DNA from: an uncultured Fibrobacteria bacterium
GTDB lineage: Bacteria; Fibrobacterota; Fibrobacteria; UBA11236
Direction of reading: 5' to 3'
Length of the DNA stretch: 64,000 nt
Assembly: GCA_963716395.1 (NCBI GenBank)
Contig: OY970309.1
Span: forward strand, 1,856,001 to 1,920,000
Shown one piece after another: positions 56,761 to 64,000 of this stretch. The translations under genes and the position numbers were made by a program. Position 1 is the first letter of the stretch, and each line of letters starts with the position of its first letter. The notes under the pieces were generated by a model that worked only from the letters and a program-made list of their open reading frames with translations, had not been told where the DNA came from and made no database searches.

Positions 56761-56826
56761 GTCTGGGAAAGTTACAATCAGGGTGTTTGCGCGGGCGGGG
56801 AACGGCCATGCGCGCGAGGTAGGGTT

Positions 56827-57963
56827 TTAACCCGCCCCGGTAAATTGTTCCAGGGGAACCGCCTCTACGCGGTTCGAAATCGCGTAACGCTTTTCACCCG
56901 GATAAACGACCCATAATTCATCGAGCTTTAAATCGTGCCGCGCAATGCGCAGGGAGGGCGTCAAGGTCGGCGCATCCGCGCGTTTGCATTCCACGCCGAT
57001 GCGTTTGCCCCGCCGGAACAAAAGCAAATCCAATTTCGCGCCGTTATGGGTGGCCCAAAAATAGGTCTCGTCCGGCGCGCGGGCCTTGAGGATTTCCTCA
57101 ACCGCGTATCCTTCCCAGGAGGCGCCCACCTTGGGGTGCATTTCCAAATCCCGCCGCGTGCCGATGCCGAGCAGCGCGTGCAGCAGCCCGCTGTCGCGGA
57201 CGTAAATTTTCGGCGCCTTGACCTGCCGCTTTCCGAGGTTTTCGAACCAAGGCGGAAGCTGGCGCACCATGAACACGTCGGTCAGGAGATCCAGATAGCG
57301 CCGGATGGTCGTTTCGCCCAACCCCATGGCGCGCGCCAATTCGGCGCCGTTCCAGATCCGGCCGTGGTAATGCGCCAACATGTTCCAGAAACGCCGCAAC
57401 GTGGCGGCGGGAATGGTGACGCCGAGCTGGGGCATGTCCCGCTCCAGGAAGGTCTGGATGAATTGGTTTCTCCATGCCAACGAATCGGCCTCCGAACGCG
57501 CCGTATACGCCAGGGGGTAACCTCCCCGTAGCCAATGCCGGGGCTGGGCCTTGGCCCCCAAATCGCCCAGTCGAAAGCCCTCCAAGGTCAGGGTTTCCAT
57601 ACGCCCGGCCAGGGATTCGGAGCTTTGTTTCAGCAATGCAGGCGTGGCGCTGCCGAGGATGAGAAAACGCGCGGGCAGGGGCCGGCGATCCGCCAGTACG
57701 CGCAGAAGGGGAAACAACTCGGGGCGGCGCTGGATTTCATCCAGCACCACGAGACCCTTGAGGGGGCGCAACGCGGTGTCGGGCTCCTGCAGGCGGGCGA
57801 GGCTGCGCGGATCTTCCAGGTCGAAGTAATTCAGCGATGTCGGCGGAACCAGGGAGCGGACCAAGGTGGTTTTACCGCTTTGCCGGGGGCCCAGCAAGGC
57901 CACCACGCGGGCGCGTTTCAGGGCGGAGCGAAGGCGCGCCAGATCGGCGGGACGGGTGAGCAT
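56827..57963 (-). CDS. AAA+ ATPase (AAA_14 + DUF4143)
   Basis: GPRQSGKTT Walker A, LDEIQ Walker B, ESLAGR, GGYP, K.PKIYVRDSG and LDLL...VECK motifs. Confidence 0.92.
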   Translation of the reverse strand: MLTRPADLARLRSALKRARVVALLGPRQSGKTTLVRSLVPPTSLNYFDLEDPRSLARLQEPDTALRPLKGLVVLDEIQRRPELFPLLRVLADRRPLPARFLILGSATPALLKQSSESLAGRMETLTLEGFRLGDLGAKAQPRHWLRGGYPLAYTARSEADSLAWRNQFIQTFLERDMPQLGVTIPAATLRRFWNMLAHYHGRIWNGAELARAMGLGETTIRRYLDLLTDVFMVRQLPPWFENLGKRQVKAPKIYVRDSGLLHALLGIGTRRDLEMHPKVGASWEGYAVEEILKARAPDETYFWATHNGAKLDLLLFRRGKRIGVECKRADAPTLTPSLRIARHDLKLDELWVVYPGEKRYAISNRVEAVPLEQFTGAG

Positions 57964-57981
57964 GATGACAAGATACCATAT

Positions 57982-58020
57982 ACCATGAAATTCCACCACT
58001 TGTAGGATGAATTTCATGGT
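57982..58020. promoter_or_regulatory. Perfect 12-bp inverted repeat upstream of the AAA+ ATPase
   Basis: ACCATGAAATTC-N15-GAATTTCATGGT. Confidence 0.6.
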
Positions 58021-58195
58021 GTCAAAAATACCCTTCCCGATCCCGAAGCGCTTTTCCCCCAAGGCGTAAATCCATCGCCTGCGGTGGGGGGAACTCCCCG
58101 GATCGGGGCGGGGCCTTTTCCAAAAAGGATCGAGACCCTTTTTGCGGTGCCGGCGTTGCAAAAAGGGTATTTTACGCCTTCGCAAAGGAAGCACC

Positions 58196-59386
58196 GTGAG
58201 CAAACCGGCCCTGGACGGCGGCAAACCCGTGCGGTCCCGCAAAAATTTTCTGGTGTTCGGCGCGCCGCAAATCGGGCCCGAAGAGATCGCGGGCGTGGTC
58301 GATTCGCTGCGCCGCCGGTGGATCGGCACCGGCCCCAAGGTCGCCGCCTTCGAGCAGGCCTTCGCGGCCTACAAAGGCGCGATTGCCGTGGCCGTCAACT
58401 CTGGCACCGCGGCCCTGCATTTGTCGATTCTGTCTCTGGGCATCGGCCCCGGCGACGAAGTCATCACCACGCCCATGACTTTTTGCGCCACGGTCAACGC
58501 CATTCTGCACGCCGGCGCACAACCGGTACTGGCCGACTGCGATCCGGTTTCGCTCAATCTCGATCCCGCGCACGTCGAGCGCAAAATCACCCGGCGCACC
58601 AAGGCCGTTTTGCCCGTGCATTTCGCCGGCCGCGCCTGCGACATGCGCGCCCTGATGCGCCTGGCCAAGGCGCATCGACTGCGCGTGGTCGAAGATTGCG
58701 CCCATGCCCTTGAAACCGAAACCATGGGCCGCAAGGCCGGCACCTTCGGCGATCTGGGCTGCTTCAGTTTCTACGTCACGAAAAACCTGACCACGGCCGA
58801 AGGCGGCATGGTGATCACCGCGCGGCAAAACCTGGCCGATCGCATCAAGCGCCTGGCCTTGCACGGCCTGTCTCAGGACGCCTGGAAGCGGTTCTCCGAT
58901 GCGGGCTATGTGCATTACGACGTGGTCGAACCCGGATACAAATACAACATGACCGACTTGCAGGCCGCCATCGGCCTGCCGCAATTGCGTCGCCTCGAGT
59001 CGAATTGGAAGCGCCGCCGCGCGGTCTGGAACCGGTATCAGGAGGCTTTCGCCGATTTGCCGGTGGAGCTTCCGGCCGAAGCGCCGTCCGACGAACGGCA
59101 TGCCTACCATCTGTACACGCCCCGGGTAACGCGCGGGTTTCGCCGGAGCCGCGACTGGGTGTTGGCCGCCCTGACGGCCGAAGGTATCGGCGTGGGCGTA
59201 CATTACCGCGCTTTATGCGACCACCCGTATTATCGGCGCGTCTTGGGCTGGAAGCGCCGCGACTTTCCGGTGGCGGCCGATATCGGGGAACGCACCGTGT
59301 CGCTGCCGCTGTCGGCGGCACTCACCGCACGCGACGTAGACGACGTCATCGCGGCTTTCCGCAAAGTGATGCGGGCCGGAGCCTGA
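58196..59386 (+). CDS. DegT/DnrJ/EryC1/StrS sugar aminotransferase
   Basis: NSGTAALH, GDEVIT, EDCAHA, SFYVTKNLTTAEGG and GYKYNM motifs; AAGGAAG SD before GTG. Confidence 0.95.
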   Translation: MSKPALDGGKPVRSRKNFLVFGAPQIGPEEIAGVVDSLRRRWIGTGPKVAAFEQAFAAYKGAIAVAVNSGTAALHLSILSLGIGPGDEVITTPMTFCATVNAILHAGAQPVLADCDPVSLNLDPAHVERKITRRTKAVLPVHFAGRACDMRALMRLAKAHRLRVVEDCAHALETETMGRKAGTFGDLGCFSFYVTKNLTTAEGGMVITARQNLADRIKRLALHGLSQDAWKRFSDAGYVHYDVVEPGYKYNMTDLQAAIGLPQLRRLESNWKRRRAVWNRYQEAFADLPVELPAEAPSDERHAYHLYTPRVTRGFRRSRDWVLAALTAEGIGVGVHYRALCDHPYYRRVLGWKRRDFPVAADIGERTVSLPLSAALTARDVDDVIAAFRKVMRAGA

Positions 59387-59396
59387 GAGAAATCCC

Positions 59397-60584
59397 ATGG
59401 CTTTCTCTCTGCGCGCACGCGCCTGGCGCTTCATTCTTCTCATGGGCTTCGTCAGCCTGTTCGCCGACATGGCCTACGAGGGCGCACGCGGCCTGGCCGG
59501 TCCCTTTCTGTATTCACTCGGAGCTTCGGCCGCGGTGGTGGGCATGGTCTCGGGCCTGGGGGAATTGGTCGGCTACGCCTTGCGCGTGGTGTTCGGCGCC
59601 TGGAGCCAGCGCACGGGGCGGCATTGGTTCTTCGCCTTGGTGGGCTATGCCGTCAACCTCTGCGCCGTGCCGCTGTTGGCCCTGGCCACCACCTGGCCCG
59701 TAGCCGCGGCGTTACTGGTCTGCGAACGGCTGGGCAAGGCCGTGCGCAGCCCTTCCAAAGACAAGCTCTTGTCGCACGCAGCCGCGGCCGTGGGGCACGG
59801 CAAGGGATTCGGCTTTCATGAAGCCATGGACCAAACCGGCGCCGTGGCCGGGCCCCTGCTCGGTGCCTTGGGGCTGGCGTGGTGGGGCTACCGCGGCGCC
59901 TTCGGCGTGCTGGTTTTTCCGGTGCTGGCGGCCCTTTCCGTCCTGGCGGTGGGGCGTTTCGTGTTTCCCAAGCCGGAACAATTGGAAATCGCGGCGACGG
60001 ATAAAAACGCACCGGACGGGAAACTTCCCCGCGTCTTCTGGATTTACCTCGCAGCCGCGGCCTTGCTGGCCTTCGGGTACGCCGACTTTCCCCTCATCGC
60101 CTATCACTGGCGCAAGGCTTCGCTGCTCGGGGCGGCGCAGGTACCGCTGGCCTATGCCGCGGCCATGGGCGTCGATGCCGTGGCCGCCTTGCTGTTCGGC
60201 ATCTGGTTCGACCGCGTCGGGCTCAAGCTGCTGCCGCTGTCGGCCCTCCTGGCCGGCGCGGCCGTGCCCTTGGTTTTTTCCACCCGCCTGCTTTTCTGCG
60301 GTATCGGTATTGTGCTGTGGGGCCTGGCCCTGGGAGCGCAGGAAAGCACGCTCAAAGCCGGCATCGCCAAACAAATTCCGGCCGGCCAAAGGGCCGGAGC
60401 CTACGGGATTTTCCATGCGGCCTTCGGCGTCGCCTGGTTTTTGGGCAGCGCGGCCATGGGCTGGCTTTACGATTGGAAGCGCGGCGCGGTGGTGGCGTTG
60501 GCCGTGACGGCGCAAGCCGCGGCGGCTTTGGTTTTTTTCTGGGCCGGAAAAGCCGCAGCAACGCGTTTTCCGGCTCCTGCTTGA
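59397..60584 (+). CDS. MFS transporter
   Basis: About 12 TM segments, VSLFADMAYEG, ERLGKAVRSP and GFHEAMDQTGA motifs. Confidence 0.9.
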   Translation: MAFSLRARAWRFILLMGFVSLFADMAYEGARGLAGPFLYSLGASAAVVGMVSGLGELVGYALRVVFGAWSQRTGRHWFFALVGYAVNLCAVPLLALATTWPVAAALLVCERLGKAVRSPSKDKLLSHAAAAVGHGKGFGFHEAMDQTGAVAGPLLGALGLAWWGYRGAFGVLVFPVLAALSVLAVGRFVFPKPEQLEIAATDKNAPDGKLPRVFWIYLAAAALLAFGYADFPLIAYHWRKASLLGAAQVPLAYAAAMGVDAVAALLFGIWFDRVGLKLLPLSALLAGAAVPLVFSTRLLFCGIGIVLWGLALGAQESTLKAGIAKQIPAGQRAGAYGIFHAAFGVAWFLGSAAMGWLYDWKRGAVVALAVTAQAAAALVFFWAGKAAATRFPAPA

Positions 60585-60615
60585 CTCAAGTAGCTACCGT
60601 AGCTACTATACGGGT
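60581..60615 (+). promoter_or_regulatory. Toxin-antitoxin promoter with tandem palindromic operator
   Basis: TTGACT-17-TACTAT-6-ATG; GTAGCTAC palindromes at 60590-60597 and 60599-60606. Confidence 0.8.
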
Positions 60616-60927
60616 ATGAAGTCGGTCGGCATCAAAAACCTGAAGAACGGCCTGAGCCGGTATATCGATATGGTGCGCGCAGGCGAAGTGGTGTATGTGA
60701 CCGATCGCGACGAAATCGTGGCCGAAATCCACAAGCCCGTGAGCGCGCCCACGCGCATGCTTTCGCGCTGGGAGGCGTTTCTGAACGAGGAAGAACGCAA
60801 GGGGTCGATCCGGCGGGCACAACCCGTCAACCCGTTGTTCTTCGAGAATTTGAAGAAATTGAAACCGCTACCCGGAACTCCGCATCTGCAGAAGCTCTTG
60901 GACGAAACGCGCGCCGAGCGATTTTAA
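60616..60927 (+). CDS. Phd/YefM-family antitoxin
   Basis: MKSVGIKNLKNGLSRYIDMVRAGEVVYVTDRDEIVAEI Phd signature. Confidence 0.88.
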   Translation: MKSVGIKNLKNGLSRYIDMVRAGEVVYVTDRDEIVAEIHKPVSAPTRMLSRWEAFLNEEERKGSIRRAQPVNPLFFENLKKLKPLPGTPHLQKLLDETRAERF

Positions 60928-60928
60928 C

Positions 60929-61375
60929 GTGAGCAAGGCCTATTTCGATTCCAGCGTGGTGCTGGCCATGCTCCTGGCCGAACCCAATGGATCGGAAGCG
61001 GCCGAAATCTGGAATTCGCACGCGGTAAAACTTGCCTCGGTGCTTTTGTCCGCCGAATGCACGATCAACCTGCGCCGCTACCACGCGCAGGCGACGCGTA
61101 GTCCGGCGGGATGGTTGCAGCGCATCGAATCCTATTTCGATGAAATCTATGGCGGCCTTGTGACCAAGGAAGTGGATGGGGAAATATTGGCCATCATCCG
61201 GCGCGAAAAAATCCTCGCGGAGTGCCGTACGCTCGACGCCATTCATCTGGCCACGGCCCTTTACTTTCGGGAAAAAGCCGAAGAAGACATCCGCATGGTT
61301 TCCTTTGACCGTCGATTCTCTGAAACCGCGCGCCGGCTCAAGTTCAAGGTGGTTTCCAGCGCTGCGGCCCGATGA
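60929..61375 (+). CDS. vapC: VapC/PIN-domain toxin
   Basis: YFDSS, AE, TLDAIHLATA and SFD PIN acidic residues. Confidence 0.88.
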   Translation: MSKAYFDSSVVLAMLLAEPNGSEAAEIWNSHAVKLASVLLSAECTINLRRYHAQATRSPAGWLQRIESYFDEIYGGLVTKEVDGEILAIIRREKILAECRTLDAIHLATALYFREKAEEDIRMVSFDRRFSETARRLKFKVVSSAAAR

Positions 61376-61475
61376 ACCTAAAACCGCCGCCACGACACTC
61401 AACGAAGCTGCGCTCGATAGTAACCGCTGGCCGCAAACGGCTTCCCTTTCCGAACTACTTTTGCCCTTGAGCCCC

Positions 61476-62918
61476 ATGCAGCAGCCCACCGATCAATACG
61501 ACAACCCCTTGATTCGCCGTTACGCTTCGGCGCCCATGAGCTTTCTCTTCTCGCCGCAGTTCAAACATTCCACCTGGCGCAAATTGTGGGTCCACCTGGC
61601 CGAGGCCGAGCAGGCGCTGGGGCTGCCCATCACCGACGCGCAAATCGCCGAACTCAAGGCGCATGTCGACGACATCGATTTCGCCGAGGCCGAACGCCAG
61701 GAACGCAAGGTGCGCCACGACGTGATGGCGCATGTGCATGCCTATGCCCAGCAATGTCCCCAGGCGGCGGGCATCATCCATCTCGGAGCCACGTCGGCCT
61801 ATGTCACCGACAACACCGATTTGATCCAGATGCAAGACGGCTTGAATCTCTTGCGTCGGCGCACCTTGCGCGTGATCGCGGCCCTGGCCGAATTCGCGCG
61901 CCGTTGGAAAGATCAACCCGCGCTCGGGTTCACGCATTTTCAACCCGCGCAACCGGTCACGGTGGGCAAGCGCGCCTGTTTGTGGATGCAGGATTTTCTC
62001 TTCGACGCCGAAGACCTCGACCGCCTGGCGCAAGGCCTGCCCTTTCTCGGGGTCAAGGGCACCACGGGCACGCAGGCCAGTTTCCTGGAATTGTTCGCCG
62101 GCGATCACGACAAGGTGAAAAAGCTCGACGCCGAGGTCACGCGCCGCGCCGGGTTCGTGCGTAACCTGCCGGTTTCGGGTCAGACCTACACCCGCAAACT
62201 CGACGCCCAGGTTTTGGCCGCGCTGTCGGGGCTGGCGCAAACGCTGGCGAAGTTTTCCACCGACCTGCGCCTTTTGCAGCATCTCAAGGAAATCGAAGAA
62301 CCCTTTGAAAGCGGGCAAATCGGATCGTCGGCCATGGCCTATAAGCGCAATCCCATGCGCTGCGAACGCATCGGATCGCTGGCCCGCTTCGTGGAATCGC
62401 TGTCGGCGTCGACCGCCTTCACCGCGTCGACCCAATGGTTCGAGCGCACGCTCGACGATTCGGCCAACAAGCGGCTGGCCGTGGCCCAGGCCTTTCTCGC
62501 CGCCGACGCCATGCTGCTGTTGGCCGAAAACGTGGCCTCGGGGCTGGTGGTGCATCCGCGGGTCATCGAACGCCGGCTGGCCGAAGAGCTTCCCTTTCTC
62601 GCCACCGAAAATATTCTCATGGATGCGGTGAAGCGCGGCGGCCACCGCCAGGAATTGCACGAACGCATTCGCGTACATGCGCAAGAGGCCGCGCGCCGCG
62701 TCAAGGACGACGGCTTGGAAAACGATTTGCTCGACCGCATCGCCGCCGATCCCGCTTTCGCCATCGACGCCGCGGCCCTGCGGCGCGAACTGGATCCGCG
62801 CCGCTATACGGGCCGCGCGGCGGCGCAGACCGAGGAATTTTTGCGCGATCACGTGGATCCGTTGTTGGCCCGCGATGCTTCCTGGAAAGACCTGGAATCG
62901 CCGGCGCTGCGGGTGTAA
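61476..62918 (+). CDS. purB: Adenylosuccinate lyase
   Basis: RHDVMAH, HLGATS, GFTHFQPAQ and GSSAMAYKRNP signature. Confidence 0.96.
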   Translation: MQQPTDQYDNPLIRRYASAPMSFLFSPQFKHSTWRKLWVHLAEAEQALGLPITDAQIAELKAHVDDIDFAEAERQERKVRHDVMAHVHAYAQQCPQAAGIIHLGATSAYVTDNTDLIQMQDGLNLLRRRTLRVIAALAEFARRWKDQPALGFTHFQPAQPVTVGKRACLWMQDFLFDAEDLDRLAQGLPFLGVKGTTGTQASFLELFAGDHDKVKKLDAEVTRRAGFVRNLPVSGQTYTRKLDAQVLAALSGLAQTLAKFSTDLRLLQHLKEIEEPFESGQIGSSAMAYKRNPMRCERIGSLARFVESLSASTAFTASTQWFERTLDDSANKRLAVAQAFLAADAMLLLAENVASGLVVHPRVIERRLAEELPFLATENILMDAVKRGGHRQELHERIRVHAQEAARRVKDDGLENDLLDRIAADPAFAIDAAALRRELDPRRYTGRAAAQTEEFLRDHVDPLLARDASWKDLESPALRV

Positions 62919-62937
62919 CGATTTCGTTACCTGGGCA

Positions 62938-63717
62938 TTAAACCGCCGTAATCACCGTGCCCGCGGCCGGTCTGCCTTCCAGGCGCGCGCGCAGCGCGGC
63001 TTCGCCGGCAAAACCGCAGATATGCACTTCACCCACGCCGGTTTCCGCGGCCTGCAGGCACGAACGCAGTTTCGGGAGGATGCCGCCCGTGGCCGCTCCC
63101 GCCGCGATCAGGGTTTCGATGCCGGCGCGGTTCAAGCGCGCCAGGGTTTGTCCGGCGGCGTCGAGCACGCCCGGCACGTCGGAAATGAAAATCAGTTTTT
63201 CCGCCCCCAGGGCCACGGCTACGGCCGAAGCCGCGTCGTCGGCGTTCACGTTGTAAGACTCTTGCGCCGCATCCACCGAAACCGGCGAGAGCACGGGCAA
63301 AAATCCCGACCGTAACAAGACGGTTACGAGCCCGGGGCGGACTTCGGACACGGCGCCCACCCGGCCCAGTTCGGCGGAAATCGGCCGGCAGATCAAAATG
63401 GGGCCGTCGACGCCACTGAGGCCGCAGGCCGCCACGCCCCGCCGTTGCAGGCGGCGGACCAAATCTTTGTTCACGTGGCCCGACAAAGTCATTTCCACCA
63501 CTTCCATGGCCGCGGGACTCGTGACCCGCAACCCGTCGCGAAAGCGGGGCTCTTCACCCAGCCATTGCAGGTTCCGGTTGATGTCTTTGCCGCCGCCATG
63601 GCACAGCAACAGGTTCCCGCGTTCCCGGTGATGGGCCGCCAAGACGCCGCATAACGCGTCGAGCCGGCCGCGGTCCTCCATCAGGGAACCGCCGATTTTC
63701 ACCACCGTGGGATTCAC
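62938..63717 (-). CDS. argB: Acetylglutamate kinase
   Basis: VVKIGG, HGGG, GLRVT, NVNAD, SDVPGV and GGILPK motifs; GTG overlaps the argC stop. Confidence 0.93.
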   Translation of the reverse strand: MNPTVVKIGGSLMEDRGRLDALCGVLAAHHRERGNLLLCHGGGKDINRNLQWLGEEPRFRDGLRVTSPAAMEVVEMTLSGHVNKDLVRRLQRRGVAACGLSGVDGPILICRPISAELGRVGAVSEVRPGLVTVLLRSGFLPVLSPVSVDAAQESYNVNADDAASAVAVALGAEKLIFISDVPGVLDAAGQTLARLNRAGIETLIAAGAATGGILPKLRSCLQAAETGVGEVHICGFAGEAALRARLEGRPAAGTVITAV

Positions 63718-64000
63718 AGAAGGCCCAGGGTTTCTTCCAGGCCGAAGGCGATGTTCAGGTTTTGCAGCGCCTGGCCCGAAGCGCCTTTCACCATGTTGTC
63801 GAGCACCGACACGATGATAAGATGCGTCGTGCCGGCGGGCTGATAGGCCTTGAAGCGGCACTCGTTGCTGCGCGCCACGTCGGCCGTGGCGGGAAAATCC
63901 GGCATGACCTTGACGAAGGGAGAACCGGCGTAGGCCTGGCGCCAAACGGCTTCGGCGTCGTCCGCGCTGCGGCCCGGTTTCAGTTCGGCGTAAATCGTCG
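63714..64000 (-). CDS. argC: N-acetyl-gamma-glutamyl-phosphate reductase, 3' part
   Basis: SVLDNMVKGASGQALQNLN signature; upstream of argB; 5' end outside the window. Confidence 0.93.
   Translation of the reverse strand, partial: TIYAELKPGRSADDAEAVWRQAYAGSPFVKVMPDFPATADVARSNECRFKAYQPAGTTHLIIVSVLDNMVKGASGQALQNLNIAFGLEETLGLL

Noticed and set aside
58172-62852. Antisense ORFs over degT, the MFS gene and purB
   Set aside because: Shadows of conserved genes
1-64000. CRISPR arrays, tRNA or rRNA genes, prophage
   Set aside because: No regularly spaced direct repeats, cloverleaf or rRNA signatures, or phage genes seen

Overview
Bacterial chromosomal window. The backbone is high-GC and probably Fibrobacterota-like; this is an inference from a TIGR02147/DUF4423-type gene with flanking lipoproteins and a large secreted protein with a CTD-like C-terminus. 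The first ~15 kb is a visibly AT-richer surface-polysaccharide locus with mixed gene orientation: Wza-like fragment, Wzz/Wzc, Wzy, Wzx, GT2/GT4 enzymes, three SAM methyltransferases and a cobalamin-dependent radical SAM enzyme. One GT2 there is split by an intact IS630 element. It is followed by MarR, a TetR-TolC-MFP-RND operon, perR-dps-ahpC, an MBOAT/SGNH O-acylation pair, a TreS-maltokinase fusion, a second RND pump, a TonB-dependent receptor, hldE, a lipoprotein-TIGR02147-lipoprotein module, more LPS/glycan genes, an AAA+ ATPase, DegT, an MFS transporter, a Phd-VapC toxin-antitoxin pair, purB, argB and partial argC. No rRNA, tRNA or CRISPR array was seen. Most notable observations: (1) a 125-aa gene coupled to hldE carries the motifs of eukaryotic PHPT1/Janus phosphohistidine phosphatases; (2) the TIGR02147-lipoprotein module, with a shared LAK motif and a repeat-rich upstream region; (3) exported proteins are strongly enriched in the Bacteroidota-type O-glycosylation sequon; (4) several genes share a leaderless promoter layout (-10 box 6 nt before ATG); (5) the maltokinase domain of the TreS fusion has lost both catalytic aspartates. 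All family calls come from motif recognition by eye, not from database searches.
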